The notes under the pieces: model-generated
What the model saw: only the letters and a program-made list of their open reading frames with translations
Databases searched by the model: none
Told to the model about the DNA's origin: nothing
Program-made: the position numbers and the translations under genes
From: Pelomyxa schiedti
Taxonomy: Eukaryota > Protista > Evosea
NCBI GenBank assembly: GCA_020536535.1
Contig: JAHLWZ010000825.1
Coordinates: 1-64,000, forward strand
Direction of reading: 5' to 3'
Length of the DNA: 64,000 bases
Shown: positions 10,996 to 24,975 of the stretch, piece after piece
Layout of the letters: every line of letters starts with the position of its first letter
Position numbering within the stretch: the first letter of the stretch is position 1

Positions 10996-13900
10996 TCAAC
11001 CAAAGAGGCAGTCTTCAAACACTAGTAGGCTCTCGATCATTCCGACAAAGTGGAACTTGTCCGGCGGTATGAGTTTTCTGAGTTTCTCCTCAACAATTTT
11101 GTGTGCTTTAGTGGTGTCTGTGTGCTCCAGGCTGTGCAGGGTTTTGTAGGCCTCCATAAATACGTCTTCTCCGAGTTCGTTCTCTAATTGCCTGAAGTAA
11201 AGTTAGGAAACTCGCCGGATTCAGTGACTTACAGTCTTAAAGACTCTGCTCTGACTCCCAGAGTGGCAGGGGGAGCTGCACGCGCAGCAGTTTCTGTACC
11301 GGAACTGCGTGTTGTATCCACTCGGGATTGCCACATTTGTGGGACACTGCAGAGTGGGGGGGGATTGGAGAATTTGTTGGCTGAGGTGTCGGTGGAGGTA
11401 TTTTGATCATCTGAAGGGGTGTCTGTGGTTTCTTCAGCCTGGAAAGCATCCTCACGTGTACCACTGTCGCTTAGTGGACTGTTACGTGCTGGGGAAGGCA
11501 TCTCTTTGGTTGCCACTCGGGTACACACACTTCTTCCTGTGCAGTCATCATAAAAAATGCCCTCTGAAGTGTCTATTGCTTCACAGTCATTGGAATCCTG
11601 GTTAATAGCGGGGCCGTCACTGGAAAGGAAGTGGTAACCATCCCTAACATTATAGGATTTCTTTTGACCTTATGATTAGTAGAGAGTAGATGACTTCAAA
11701 GGCAACCTGAGGTTGGGTGCTGTGATCTGAAGAAAGCACTGTATCATTTAATTTGGGAGTCGTTCCGGAAGCCATTTTCTGGTAACAGTTAAGTCAGGTG
11801 GCACCACAGAGCATAAATACCGGTGATGATGACTGAGAACTAGATGTACTTTTCATTTGCGGAAAGGATTCCCCAGACTCCACTGTGTTCACAACAAAAG
11901 ATTCTAATTCTGCTGACTGGGGTTTTTCAAAGACAGATTGAAAAAGTTTGCCCTCTGTATCTTGTTATAACTACCTCCAGGAGAATTTTGTACGTTGTTC
12001 ATCCCCATGAGAATGTACAAATGGTTGATTAGAAAGAGAAATCTTGGACTTCGTATTTTTCAGGGTTTTATGAAAATTTTCTGCATGTAACCTACAGTGG
12101 TGTAAGGGGTCTTCTAATACTGCCTGACCACCTGGCACTATTTTCGCGTTCTGTTGAGCGGCTTTTTGCGATAGCTAGTGCTTCCTTACACGCTAGTGAG
12201 TTGTTTGTATTAACACGTGAAGCAATTGCGTCACTCCTTGTTCCTCTTGGATGTATATAAGACTAACATGAAAGACAGGAGCATACCGTGGAGTTAAGTT
12301 TCCTGATACAACACCCTACAGTTTTGAGATGTGTTTAAGCAGTAAGAGGTACCTTTTTTGGATCCGATTTTATTCCAAGAAATCTTGACCTGTGCTCTTG
12401 TTTGTATTGCAGTAATAATATTATATTCTTACTTTGGGGAAAGGGCTTCTCTTGGTGTGAGAGAGCCGCGAGGCTACAGGAAACGTTAGTTAGCTTGAAG
12501 TGCATTAAGGGTAACGTACTGAGAGTTTAGGTTTGATTTGACAAGAACTTTGAGGACAAAGGGAACTTCGCCGGTACAGTGCAGATGAAACATGACTGCC
12601 CTTTGAATTGATTTCGGGTTTTGAATGGGCGATGTCTTTTCTTGGGCTCTTAGGCGGTATAATAATAGACGCAGATTCCCTCGAGCTTCTTTTTCCTTGA
12701 GGATGGTTATCCGCTTGTAGGATACTGGTTTATAGATACCACGGGGACTCATGAAGCTAGCATCTGGTTTAACGCCTTCATTTGTACGCGTATCGGGTCT
12801 GCTACCTCTTGCTGTTTGCGGCACCACACTTGCAGGGTTACCGTTGTTGTTATAAGTGTGCTGGTCCGACAGAAGACTAGTTTTCTTCCTGAAAGTGTTG
12901 ATATCACAGTGAGGCCTACTGACATACATGACAAATTTGGTGGGTGGTCTTATGGGTCGAGAGTTTCCTCTACTAGACACGGTTGACGCGGCATATCGGG
13001 GAATAAGACGGTTTGTTTGTTCGGCTGCCTTTCCAATCAAAGTGGATATGGAAGAAATAAAGTGACTGAAATGTGAAATAAAGGGCGCTACAAACTTCAA
13101 TCGTGGTTGTCTCTGGGCATCTGTGTCAAAATTAGGGAAGATAGCTTTCATTGTACTAACAACCTTTTGGGAGCTTGCCTTAATGTAAAAGGAGAGGCAA
13201 TAACTTCAGATATACTAGGTCTAAGCTGAGGATCACGAAGGAGCAAGTTACTGATCAGGGATTTCAGATCGCTACTGTATGTTGTTGGAATTGGGGGATA
13301 AATGCCTCGCAAAATTTTGAGTACAAGAGCTGGCAACGACTAAATTCCAGGAATTTCATTACTCATAGTAGAAAAGGAAAAAAATTGCAACTTTGCCATC
13401 AAAAGCATGCCTGAGGGTCGACAATTCATATATTATGCACCCAAGTGCCCAAACATCACTCTTTTGATTATAACTAAAACCATCAACATGGAATACTCAA
13501 AAAAAAAAAAGTGGGCATACGGCTTATCCTCACACATTTCTGGGGAGAGGTAGTATGGGGTGCCAATTATCTTGTTTTATTTTTGTTAACAACGCTCATG
13601 GAATAGGGTGGACTACCGTTTTTGCAAATTGGTTTGGGGATGACAGCATTTTGGATATGCCAAAGTCACCTATTTTGACAACCCTCAAATCCTTTGAAAG
13701 AAATATATTTTGGGTCTGGAATTCACGCTTTGTTAATACAAGACATTAAAGAGGTTATAGAAACCTTCAAATCTCTGTGAAGAATGTTTTTGTCATGGAT
13801 GTAATCTAAAGCGTGAGCAAGCTGGAAAAACCACAGTAAAATTGTCTTTACAAGTATGAGATAGAGAAACTGAGTTAAAATGGCACTTTTTCTGAAAAGA

Positions 13901-15512
13901 AAAGAGATGGTTTAGCTGCAGCTCTCCTTTGTATTAAGGAGTGCAAATCCCCACCTGTTTAGTGTTTTACTATGTGCGATGATCATTTCTAATTGCACGA
14001 ACCAGAAGCATACTCCATGACAATATGTAAAGTGTCATTTTCTTCAAAACTTTCATAATAGGCTATTATATGGGGATGCTTAAGTGAAGACAACACCTAC
14101 ACAATCCAAATGAGAACCTGAAGAAACAAAAAAGAACATACAGCCACTTCTTTTCTTGCACTTTCCCGTTCTTCTTCACTCATCTGTTAGAAGTTCATTA
14201 CAAACAAGTTCAACAGGTGAAGGCATACATCAGTGAGATCAATTTTCTTTACAACAACTAATCTTTTGTCTGAAACTCTTGCACACAGGGTCACACTTCC
14301 ATGAGAACCTTTTCCAATTGGTTTGATAGCTTTGTACAGAGAACTTCTGTTGGTCGTCGATGAAGTCGAGCCAGAGATTTGACATGCAGTTGGCGGATCA
14401 CAATTTAAAGGGATTTCTTCTGATTCCAAGTCCGGCACATTATCCAACCGTGGGGTGATTGGCTCTATACTCTCTGGACAGATCATTTGTGATTCATTGC
14501 TAATGGAAGATTCCTCTGTATTGGATTTTGAGTCGCTTGGCAGCAAGTTTTGGCATTCACTGGGTAGTAGACATTCCCCAGGCTGCGCACAGGAAACTGG
14601 AGTATCACTTAGGTGCTCCTGCGTTGTTGCATTCTGTGTGGAAATGTTTTTTGAGACTTCACCATAGGTGCTCAAGCTATCACAAGGGTTTTCTGGACAT
14701 GGCGATGCACTCTGAATGGAACTAACAACACTTGCCGCTGTTTGCTCTGGAAGATGTGGTTGAAGTGGTTCGCAAGAAGGGCGGGGGCTTGGTATTTTGG
14801 GTTGTAGGGGTGGTGTTGCTGACAGTGACAAAGTGGGGGGAAGTGCTTGGGAAGTTGGAGTTTGAGTTGGTGACACCACAGTAGACACTGGGTTCTGAGG
14901 TGGTGAAGGAGGTGGAGAATGTGAATGAGAGCGCGACCTATGTTGTGGAGGTGCACCCAAAGTGGTAGAAGCATTCGAAGCCGCCGACACAGCAACAGCC
15001 CCAGAATTTGCACTTACAGCACTCCCACCCGCCGACGACGATGCAGGCAGTGAAGGCGGCTGCGGCGCCGATCCATTTCTCTCCCTCTCCCTCTCCCTGT
15101 CCTTGTCTTTGTCCTTGTCCGCGTCGCGGTGCCTCCTCAACCCCCCAGACGAATGAACCTTCCTCCTGTGCCTACCTCGCTCCATCTTCTCGCCATCGCA
15201 GTCGCTTCCACCGCTTGCCTTGCTTGCGTCGTCCCCGCCTTGCGCGTTGCCTTGTTGATAATCAGGCGAGCCAGGTTTGGCGTCGGCGCACGCGTTTGAC
15301 GTCGCCGTAGAAGGGGACGTGGTGGCCGATCTCAGAATCGCTTTTGCAGCGAGTGTTTTAACGGCGTCGTCCAGATTCGGCGACGACATGGCCCTCATAG
15401 ATCTTGGTGTCTGGTTGCTTGTAACGTGCTTTCTAGGTGACGACTTGATTGCTTCGTCGTCGCTCTTGGCCCCGTGTCGCTGTCGCACCACCGCAACGCC
15501 GTCCGTCATCAT
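10996..15512 (-). CDS. NIMA-related (NEK1-like) Ser/Thr protein kinase with long N-terminal disordered extension
   Basis: [82 protein letters not shown]; NEK1-type C-terminal [14 protein letters not shown] helix. Confidence 0.9.
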
Positions 15513-15682
15513 CAAACGTTATTTTCTTTGTTTCCCTTTTGGGTCGTTTCCGCGAAGCAGCGAAATTTCTTGTTTGGCTGTAACTACCAAAAAAAGGGGG
15601 AAAGACACACTGTGAACCTCCCGTGTCACACAAAATTTTGTTTTGTTGTTTTTTTTTTTTTTGGTTATGTTTATGCATAGTG

Positions 15683-16699
15683 TTAGGCGTTGAACAGAAC
15701 CAGTACTGTAATGTTGTCATCAGGGAGGTCTTTCTTGGGGCAAAAGTTGGACCAACCCCAACAAGGATTGGTGGGTGTGAAGGGGTACTTGGGCCCACCA
15801 ATTAGTGTTTTGGTTTTGAATTGTAGGTCCCGTTGTTGGACTGATACATTTATAGATGGGTCAAACACGCTGTGGGAGAGGTTCTCCAGATATACTGCAC
15901 AGTTGGCTTTTGGTTTTTATTTAGGGGAAAAAACCAGGGAGGTCAGAGTAAATAAGAAATGAAACTGGGAAATGTTACCTTTGTCAGATGAGGAGTCACC
16001 ATCAGGAAAAATTCTGATTTGCCAACGTTGACCCACACAATTAAAATCAACTACAAGCCTTTGTGCAGAGGCTGATGGTTTTTTTAGTACTAAAACTACT
16101 TGATTTCCAGTGGGTGGTTGCTCAGAGATCTGAGAAACTTTTTTTTCAAGATCCTATACACATTAAACGCAAGTAATTCAAAAAAAGGGAATACCTTCAC
16201 TTTGGCAAGTAAGTCAGTGATTTGATCCTGTAGATAGCAAATCAATTGAGAAGAACGCCTGAAACATTTATAACTACCTGTAATAAAAGTATGTGTGTAT
16301 GTGCGTCGTCAGTGTTGTGCTTGCTGTCGCCAGTCACATTGTGTTTACAACCAACCACCGGGCACATTTTAGGAACATATGTACAATCCCGCTCAACGTG
16401 GGTTCTCATATGCTTCCACTCGCCAACATATTTGCAGCCTCGTGAGTGGTTTACACACCGCACACTAAGCCCTGAATTTACATGTTAGCAGCAATTAAGG
16501 TGACCCTATAGCAAAAAAAAAAGGGCAAACCTTCCAGTAACCGAAATAGAAACAAGTTCTTCTCTTTCACTGACCTGCAAGTCTTGTGTAATGACTTGGA
16601 ACAAAACGGGCAAGCATCATGCTTGTCATTGCACTGTGTAAAATTTCAGAATGAAGAAGGGCACAGGAATTAAAAAAAAGTATGGACAATAACATTGGG

Positions 16700-16757
<58 letters not shown>

Positions 16758-17197
16758 AGCTGCAATTGCCAAACAGCACTTCCTAGTACCAATTGCGCCA
16801 AGCAAGTGTCACAAAAAAGCCTGCCACAAACTTCGTGCTCCTGGGCCTTGGCCGAAGTAGGCACGCACAGGCACAGCGGGCACACAAAGTCCGGCGTCGT
16901 CGGCAGAGACAGGAACATCGTGTCCGGCAGCGAGTCGTCGGGGCTCAGCATGCTGTCCACCGACGCCGCCGCGGCCGCCGCCGCCGTCGACGCCCCCATG
17001 CCCGTCGCGGCCGCCGACGCCAGCGACGCAAAGTCTGCCCCCGAGCCGCCCCCGCCCCCGCCTCCCCCGGGCCCCCCGCGCCCCGCGCTCGCCGACACTG
17101 CGTCGCCTCCAGTAGACTCCGGCGCGATGCTCGCCGTCGCGGTCGTTAATGCGGGGTTGGAGGGTGGCGCCTGCGACGTGAGGTTGGAGACCCACAT
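15683..17197 (-). CDS. TRAF-like protein (RING, TRAF zinc finger, MATH)
   Basis: RING CPLC..HEVCGRLFCDTC..CPFC split by a poly-T intron; TRAF-type RCVNHSRGCKYVG..HVERDC..CPVVGC; C-terminal WGWSNF MATH motif. Confidence 0.8.
16700..16756. repeat. 57-nt poly(A) (poly-T on the sense strand, intronic)
   Basis: Counted homopolymer inside the first intron of the TRAF-like gene. Confidence 0.9.
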
Positions 17198-17271
17198 TTT
17201 TTTTTTTTAGTTTGTTGTTTTTTTGGTGCTGCTGGTGTTCGCCGAACATGGGCGAGGTGGGGGTGGCTGTT

Positions 17272-17981
17272 TCAGCAAAAAGGTATTTTGGTTGTGGCTC
17301 CCAGGCCATCGAGAACAATGCCTGACACAGTGAACTCCATCCCAGTCAGTGCGTTTAGGGGTGCCAGCAGTGGCGGAAGCTGGTCGGCAAACGTCGAATT
17401 AATGTAGCAGATACTCACATGCCCGGCCCCTCCTCCATAGGGAACTGTGGTTCCCAGGGCGGCTGAGCACCTGTTTTTGTAAGTGAACGGGGGTGAGGAA
17501 CCAAAGAAGCAGTACGCTGCTCTCAGTGAGTTCAATTGCTCACTCTCCAGTAATGTGTACACAGCAGTTATATCCTTATCCTTGATTCTATCTACCTTGG
17601 AGATAGCTGGTGCGGACAGCCTAACTATTATTTAACGAATAAACAGAAAAATTAGTAACCACAAGAACCTCTTTCAACTGTGGAACCCAACCAAATGAAC
17701 TCCAACCCCATCCCCTCCCATAATCCTGGAAGCGTACCCCTCACTGGGCCAGGAGTTGATGCGTTGATGCATGCCCTGAGCCTCCCCTCCACCTCTGCAT
17801 GTGTCCCCTCAAGCCTCAGCAAGAATGTTGCATGGAACTTGTACAGATCCGAAGTTGCTTTGTTGCCTTTGGGACGATGGCCGTGGTTGTCAGTTACCCA
17901 TTCACGAGGCAAAGACTGACAAAACGACGTAAGGTGCCCGACCAAAACCGGCTCGAGTTCAATATAAGCCCAAAGTGGCAT
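17272..17981 (-). CDS. 2H-phosphoesterase superfamily protein (two HxT/S motifs)
   Basis: YKFHATFLL (~17830) and AGHVSICY (~17415) are the paired motifs; two exons (ORFs 17652-18023 and 17272-17562). Confidence 0.6.
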
Positions 17982-18079
17982 CTTATTTGGCACTACTCCC
18001 CTGCTCTGTCTGGTGTCAAACAAGGTTTTTTTTTGGTACTTCGTTCAGAAATCGAAAAGTCAGAAAACGATCATCAACA

Positions 18080-19490
18080 ATGAAGGTGAGATCTTGCGGC
18101 CGGAAGCGGTATACGGCATTGAGGAGGGCGTGTGCATTGATGTCGGTGGTGGCAGTATGCACTATGGTTCTGTGGGTGTATCTCGCGCTTTATGCTCGTG
18201 GTTGCGGATGGAAGTTGAATGACCCTGCCGCTGAGGCCAGGATTTTACTTGTGGCAGATCCTCAGATCCAGAAGCCGTCTGCGAATACCTATTTTGGTTG
18301 CCCGTATCGTTTGAACCTCTGCTGCGTGATAACCATTTTGGTGCAGAACGCTCTAATGTGGTGTTGAATGACCTTTACCTGAGGCACATAATATCCTCTT
18401 TAACAAATGTGCTCTCCCCAACCCATATGTTTGTCCTGGGCGACTTGTTTCCTGCCCATGAGGTTCCTCTTACTCTACTTTTCAAAACAACTGACAGAAG
18501 GAATAGGTCGGACCTGATATATTTTATTTGTGGCTGAAACGCTATAACTGGATTTTCTCGCCAGTGAAGGTGTTCAATACTATGAAGTGCCATCACTTCT
18601 TGTCCTAAAGTTATCAGACAGTGTCCCATGATATCCACGTTTGGAAATCATGACATTGGCTATAGTGCACATGTCAATTCCCTAGCTTTTCACACTTATT
18701 TTGTGCTCTCCAGTAATTATCAAAAATAGGTGACAAAAGAACGTCTCACCCGATTCACGAAACATTTTGGAGAACCCAACTCTATTCACATTATTGCAGG
18801 TCACGTCATTTGTGTAGTTAACACCATTTGTCTTGAAGACTCTCCTCTGAAGGTTGGGCGTTCTGTTATTCATCATCTAATAGAATAAAGTCGTGCACAA
18901 CTGAAGCTTGGACAACCCTTAGGAATGCGTCTGCAATAGCCGAAAGAACAAATTCCCAACTGATCATTTTTGGTCACACCCCACTACACAAAGAAACGCC
19001 GAATTGTGAGGCAGCCATGACCCTTAGAACGCGGTAAAAATTCCTATACTTTCTCTGGGTCTTGCCCACTTTGTAAGTATGAATTCAGAAGTGGCTTTGT
19101 CTACGAACAAAACCTATTGACCCCTGAAGTATCCAATACTATCTTGGCAATGAATCCAAAATTTGTTTTTGCTGGCCATTACCACACAGGTTGTACCTAT
19201 GTGCACAACGAAAATACAACAGAGTAAGTGTTCCCCATTTCCATGTCATAGTAACACAGTTCAGGTATACAGTGCGATCAATAATGGGTGATTTTGGTGG
19301 CAGCACAACCCTTTTCGAAATAAGGAACCTTGGTGATGACACCTATGATTACTCCGTTACCACATGCCCATTTGTCAGGCTTCAAGTGGTAGTAGGGATG
19401 ATGATAGCAACGGGAACTATTGTTACTCTTTGGATTGCTCTCTTCTTTACTACATGCGCACTTGGGATTTCACCACAGAAGCGGGACTAG
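18080..19490 (+). CDS. MPPE1: MPPE1/Cdc1/Ted1-like metallophosphoesterase (GPI remodelling family)
   Basis: N-terminal TM, then ADPQ, GDLF, GNHDIG, GHTPLH and AGHYH calcineurin-like motifs, then a C-terminal TM. Confidence 0.75.
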
Positions 19491-19706
19491 CATCCCCTGG
19501 AGTTGAAGCAACATTCACCAAGAAACACCAAAACAAAGAAGAAAAGCCAAGTTGATACCTTGGTGTTTCTATTCCGTTCTTCAATGGAGAAAGAATCTTT
19601 ATTTACTTTTTTTTTGTTGGTGCTTGACTTTGGGCAGATCAAAACAACCAACAAACCGATTACATACATAGGGGAATCAAGGGGATAGTGGGCTATTGAA
19701 CCTCTC

Positions 19707-22700
19707 CTAACTCCTTTTTGCTTCAGTAACTGCCGAGTTGATTGCTGTGTACCATGTCTCACGAGATGCTTTGTTTTTTGCTAAACGAAAGTTTACCGGT
19801 AGAGAAGGGAAAAAAGGTTGTTGTACCAATAAGTTCCATCTCAAACTCTTCTGTGGAAATGGCTACACTGTAGTCGTCATCCTCGGAGTCTCTTTTCTCC
19901 ACAGTTTCAATATCTTTCAACATGAATGCTTCTCTGTAGTCAAAATTCTTTTCCTCCGAATTGTAAATTGTAAGAAGCTGTTCGAGTGGTGTTCAGGGTC
20001 AGTTCCAACAACAGAAGAAAAAGGTAAATTACCAATCGGTCTGCAAGAAGGAAAAAGTAGCTTCCTTCCATTTCCTCTCCTCCATCTCCTATTTTGAGGG
20101 GTCCCTCTTTTATGAATTGCTTTTTTTCGTTTTTGTTAGGACAAGGGGGAGTCATGGGAGGATACCTGTTTTCTTGATACAAAAGGTTCAAATTCTCCAG
20201 TGATGGATTGTGATATTTGAACCAACTTGTTAGCATTGTCAACTGCTCGTTTACTCTCATTCACTGCTTGAAGAATCTGTACAACAAGGTTATTAGAGGT
20301 GCTGGAAAAAGTATCTTCGCACCGCTTGTAATTTTGTCCACAAGTCCTGAAGAATTTGATTCTCTGGATCCATTTTCGGAGTGCATGACAGCAATTCTCT
20401 GAGGAGAAGTAGATACCGTGGTAATCTTTGAACTACATGTATTCACATTGGGTTCAAAAGATATCAGGTGTGCACACCTGGGGCAACAAGGAAAGAGGAT
20501 ATGTCCATTCCATATGCTTCTTCAAATCTAGAGAAAAATCATTCACAGAAAAAAAAAAAGGAATGAGTGACCTTTTCAGAAGAGCTTGCCAAGATACATT
20601 GCCTTTCATGGCATTTGTGGTGGCTATACTATTGTCATAGTTGAGAATGTATGAGGAATATGTGTGTTTTATCCAGGATAACATTCCTGTTGTGTTGGGT
20701 TCAGTTTAGATAAGAACTTTCGTACAAACCAGTGAAAACTTCCACAATTGGGGCTATATTAAGTAGTGCAGATGAATTCCCTGGGGGATAACCTTGTTGA
20801 AATTGTTGAAGGACTGTATTGTGTTGGACCATTATTTGGTCCAGATTGCCGAAAATGGCAGATAGCTCCTCCTTGGTGAGTATTTGAGGTGCACATGTTT
20901 TTGCAGGTGTGATCAGTCCTTCCTCAATCCTGGGCAAGTTCTCAGTAAATGGAGGTTTTCAATGAGTTGGAAAACCGTTGCAACTGTGTAACATAGCGTT
21001 GTTCGGTGGCTACGATTTCCTTGAATCAAATGTAAGAAAACCATGAGGTAACAAGATAACCCACTGATATTATATAGGGTCGTCGCTGGGCAGATGGTAA
21101 TTTTGACAGTGTGTACCCCTGGGAAGAATATTTAAAAATAGAACTTTGTTAAGAAAGGAAAGGAACCATGTCAAATTTGTCTCTCAATGTTGATAAAAGT
21201 CTGTTTGTTGGCATAAGGTATGAGTGAGAAAACTCAAAAAAAAAAAGTGTTAGGAGAGACCGGATAATGGCATTTGGTTTCCCAATATATAAATCTGTGC
21301 ATGAGCATAGATCAGAAGAATGCACTCCAGATTGCTCAATCACAAATTTTAGAACAAGAGCAATATTTTGCATCTTGTTCCAGGGTGTCTCAGGTTCTGG
21401 TGAGTAAATACCCAAACTTTGTCCAGTAAGGCGTTCCTGAGGGAGGTTTTGAGATTTATGACAGGATGTTCTTGTGTTTTCTACCAGCAAGAAAATGAGC
21501 TCCACACCAGTCTGCAGATCTGTAATGTCGGAAATAGCAGATAGTGCACACTCCGCAAGATGTGTATTGGTCCAGGCAAACAGCTCTGTGATTTGCCTAA
21601 AATGTGTTATGGTGCCAGGCAGCTGAGGGCAAAACAAACTCTTGTTGCTCTGGGGTGATATCAATCTTTGATTTTGACCCAGAACCACCTTTGAATGCAA
21701 CACTCAGGCACTCATTGGGCCGTGGTATATCCATCTTTGGCAGTGTGGGAAAGGTTTTTGCGATCTACATTGTTCATGAGAAGAAATATTGAATTCAACA
21801 GGTAGAGTTACAAGGGCTGCTAGTGCTTGTATATTTATGAGTACTATATTGAAGTTTTTGTTTTCGTACAGGTCTAAAATGAGAAATGAATCAATGTCAT
21901 TCATAAATCATAGAAGGGAAACCATTTTCATCGAAAAGACTGGTTACATTCATCCCCAGTGTTCTGCAACCAACAAAATAGTTCTGGATGTTCTCCCTTA
22001 AAATCATTCAAAAGGACTGTTTGAGACAACTCAGTGTACCTGTGGAATGCAGCTAGTTTTGCTCCTGCGTGTATTTTTCTTACAGTATTTGGTCTTATTG
22101 AATTTAATAGTTTACACAAAACTGAGCCATCCTTAAGAGCTACAGGGAGACTCACCCCTGTGGGCAGAGCCTCACCAGTGATTGTCTCAATCCATTTCTG
22201 TTGTTCCAATTAGCAAAAGAACCCCTTCCAAAATTAGCAGAAATAACCTGAGCAGCTCTTTCAAAATCCGGATCGTACTTAAAAGCTTCTTTTGTAAGCA
22301 AATCCCTGTCAAGAGACTGAGCAACAGCACTTGCAGGAATACTCAGACTTCTCCTCTTTGAGGCCTTTGAAGCCCCAGCTGATAAGCTGGATAATGCAGT
22401 CTCATTTTGTGTAGCTGATGTTGATGTTGATGTCGATGTGGATGAAGAGGCTTGTGGAGGTGTGACTGATGTAGATGGTGGTGCGGAGGAGGACAAGGAC
22501 TGGGTTGTGTTATTATGGGATGGCGTAGGGATCGACGGCGACGGGGATGCGGATTTACGTGGGGAGCTTCGACCGAGGGACGGAGGGGCATAGGGAAGGG
22601 CGGAAGGGGGTGCGAACGGAATCGGAACCGGCGAGGGCGAGCGAGTGCGTATGGCCCGCGGGGAGTTGTTGGGGGTGGAATTATGGGACGCCGAGGGCGA

Positions 22701-22967
22701 CGTCGGCCACGACGTGGTGCTTGGGGGCTGTGGCTGCTGCGTCTGAGACTGAGGGAGTTGTGGCGTGAGGGTATTTTGTTGGTTGGGATTCGGAGGGGTG
22801 GTCGCAGAAGACGAAGAATCCGTTGGAAGAGCCGATGTCGATTCGGAGTGAGACGATGTAAGTGGGATGGAGGAGGCGTTATTGCACGGCTGCGGGGTCA
22901 GAGATCTAGATCGCGTGTGTGTTATTTGCGGCGAGGCGAAAACCGTCCCTCTTGGTCGCGACGACAT
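19707..22967 (-). CDS. RhoGEF with two calponin-homology domains (CH-CH-DH-PH)
   Basis: KYDPDFERAAQ|KWIE..LKDGSVLCKLLN (CH); WTNTHL..DLQTGVELI..KMQNI (second CH); EIVATEQRYV, IFGNLDQI, VQRLPRYLLLL (DH); FIKEGPL..YFFL..TWYTAINSA (PH). Confidence 0.85.
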
Positions 22968-23080
22968 CTTCAAACGATTTGGTTTTATTTGTGTGTACAG
23001 GAGAAACGATTTCGTCCCTCGATCTGGTACGAAATACTTCGATGCGACACGAACAGGTTTCGTGTAAAATCAAAGATCAC

Positions 23081-24975
23081 TGAATTGTATTGACAAAGTC
23101 CTAGGACTTGTGGCTGTGGCTTTTATTGAGTGTAGGGGTGAACTCACTTTGAGCCTGAATACCGAGAGCGAGGCCTGAAGTGATGCATATAGCGGCGTGG
23201 GGATTGTCCTTCAGTTTTTCTGCTAGTTCTACGGAAGCACAGGTAATGTCAGTCAGCACCTGGATGTCGTCTTCAAATTCATCCTGTGAAGAGCGGTTTT
23301 TAGACTTCTAGTTTGGAGGTTGAGGGGGACTTTTTACCATGGTGTTAGTTATCTGTCCAAAGGCCTTTAGCTTGGCATTGATGGCGGGTGGTTGCTGAAT
23401 TTTGGTGTTGTCCTCGTTTTTCAATGTTGTTAGTGGCTGCGAGGTGTTAATTTTGTCTGCTTTTCTAGGTGTTAGTTCTTGGTTATTGTGAGTTGGATTT
23501 TCTGTACACGGTGGGGTTGGAGGAATTGGTGCAGGTGAAAGTTGTGGCTCCTTATTTACCAGTGTGTCCTTTTGTGAATCTGACATGGTGATGCTTTGTG
23601 AGATAATTGGAGTGAAAGGTGCAGCCTCTGTGTGTGAAGTGGCGGTAGCGCAATTGGCTTTATCACCATACTGTGAGGCTGTAGGGTCTAGAGGATGGCT
23701 TTCTTGCACGGGGAGTTCTTCATTGCTCAGTGGAGAGTTGGCTATAGAAGGGGTTGACAATTGGGGCGCCTCCAACCCGTGGTGTCTGTGACGAGGTGAA
23801 TCCCGCGGTGAGTGGGACCCTGAGTGAGAATGGCTTGATGAGGAGTGCTGCGTTGACGGCTGCTGGTGTTCTGAAACATTTGAGTCGTGTGAGTGATCAC
23901 TCTTGTGTCTAGGTGTATGACGCTTTTCCGAGTCTTCCTGGGTATCTCTCCCACTGTGCCTTTCCCCTCCAGCCACAGTCACAGGTTCTTTCGACCCATG
24001 ACCAGGAAGCCTGGTCCCAGTCCCAGTCTCAATCCCAGTCCCAGTCCCAGTCCCAGTCCTAGTGCCAGAGGCAGTACCAGTACCAGTACCAGTACGCGAC
24101 CGCGAGTCCACACTAGGTGCAGTGCCGCGAGCTCCACTTCCTCCCCGCGCAGGGTCGGGCTTCGTTGTAACAACGGCAGAAGGCGGACGCCTGGCAGGGG
24201 TAGCAGCAGTCGCCGGCGTGCCCAATTTGGCAGTGGATCCCCCAACAGTGGGGCGGGTCGTGGCTGCAGTCGCCGCCGTGTGGTGTGCCACTCCACCGCC
24301 CCCGGTTACCCCTGTTGCACCATGGCGTGCTGCGTAGGAGCTTACAGATGCTGTTGTCGTCGCGGCTGCGGCCGCCGCGGCTGTTTTCGACGTCGCTGCT
24401 GGTGCCCTTGTGGTGGTTGTCGTCCTGGCACCTGGGGGGTCGTGCTTCCCGGGTCCCACCGGTGGGGCATCCCTCTTGGGCGCGGTCGCGTGGGCGTGGC
24501 CCTGCGGCTCCGTCGGCTCCGGCCTCCTGGTTCTGGCCGCGGCATCCCCGCTGCCGCCGTCGTGGGGATGCTCCCGCGCTACCACACCAGCGCCGCCGAC
24601 ATTGCCGCGGGAGGCGGGGCGGTGCTCGCCGTGGCTCGACGTGTTGTCCTTGGCTCGGCCGTCTCTGTCTCTGCTGCGGTCCCGGCTGTGGCTATGCCTA
24701 CGGGCGCGGCTTTCGTCGTGGGCTGTTGTTGTTGTCGCCGCGGGAAGAGCGGCGGCGGTGGTTGTTGTTGTTGCTGCAGCCCCACGGGGCGGTGTCCCAT
24801 TATCTCGTCGCTCGCCGTCGTCGTGGCGATGGTGGGAGGTGGTTTGGTTCGACGGCGGGGCAGACTGGCTATCCCATACTACGAAGCAAGCAGTGGCCTG
24901 GAGCTCATTAAAGACTTCTACAGCGGCATCCACAAGTCCTCGTATTTTAGAGCACAGGTGCGTTGCGTGTGCCAT
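23081..24975 (-). CDS. Large low-complexity hypothetical protein
   Basis: 576-codon ORF (ATG 24975) rich in A/T/G/H/P, with a further coding-like exon at 23150-23307. 3' end approximate. Confidence 0.6.

Noticed and set aside
16700-16756. 57-nt poly(A) as a possible retroposon tail
   Set aside because: It is the poly-T tract of an intron in the TRAF-like gene, with no target-site duplication or element body. Similar shorter tracts occur in other first introns. Its length may be unreliable.
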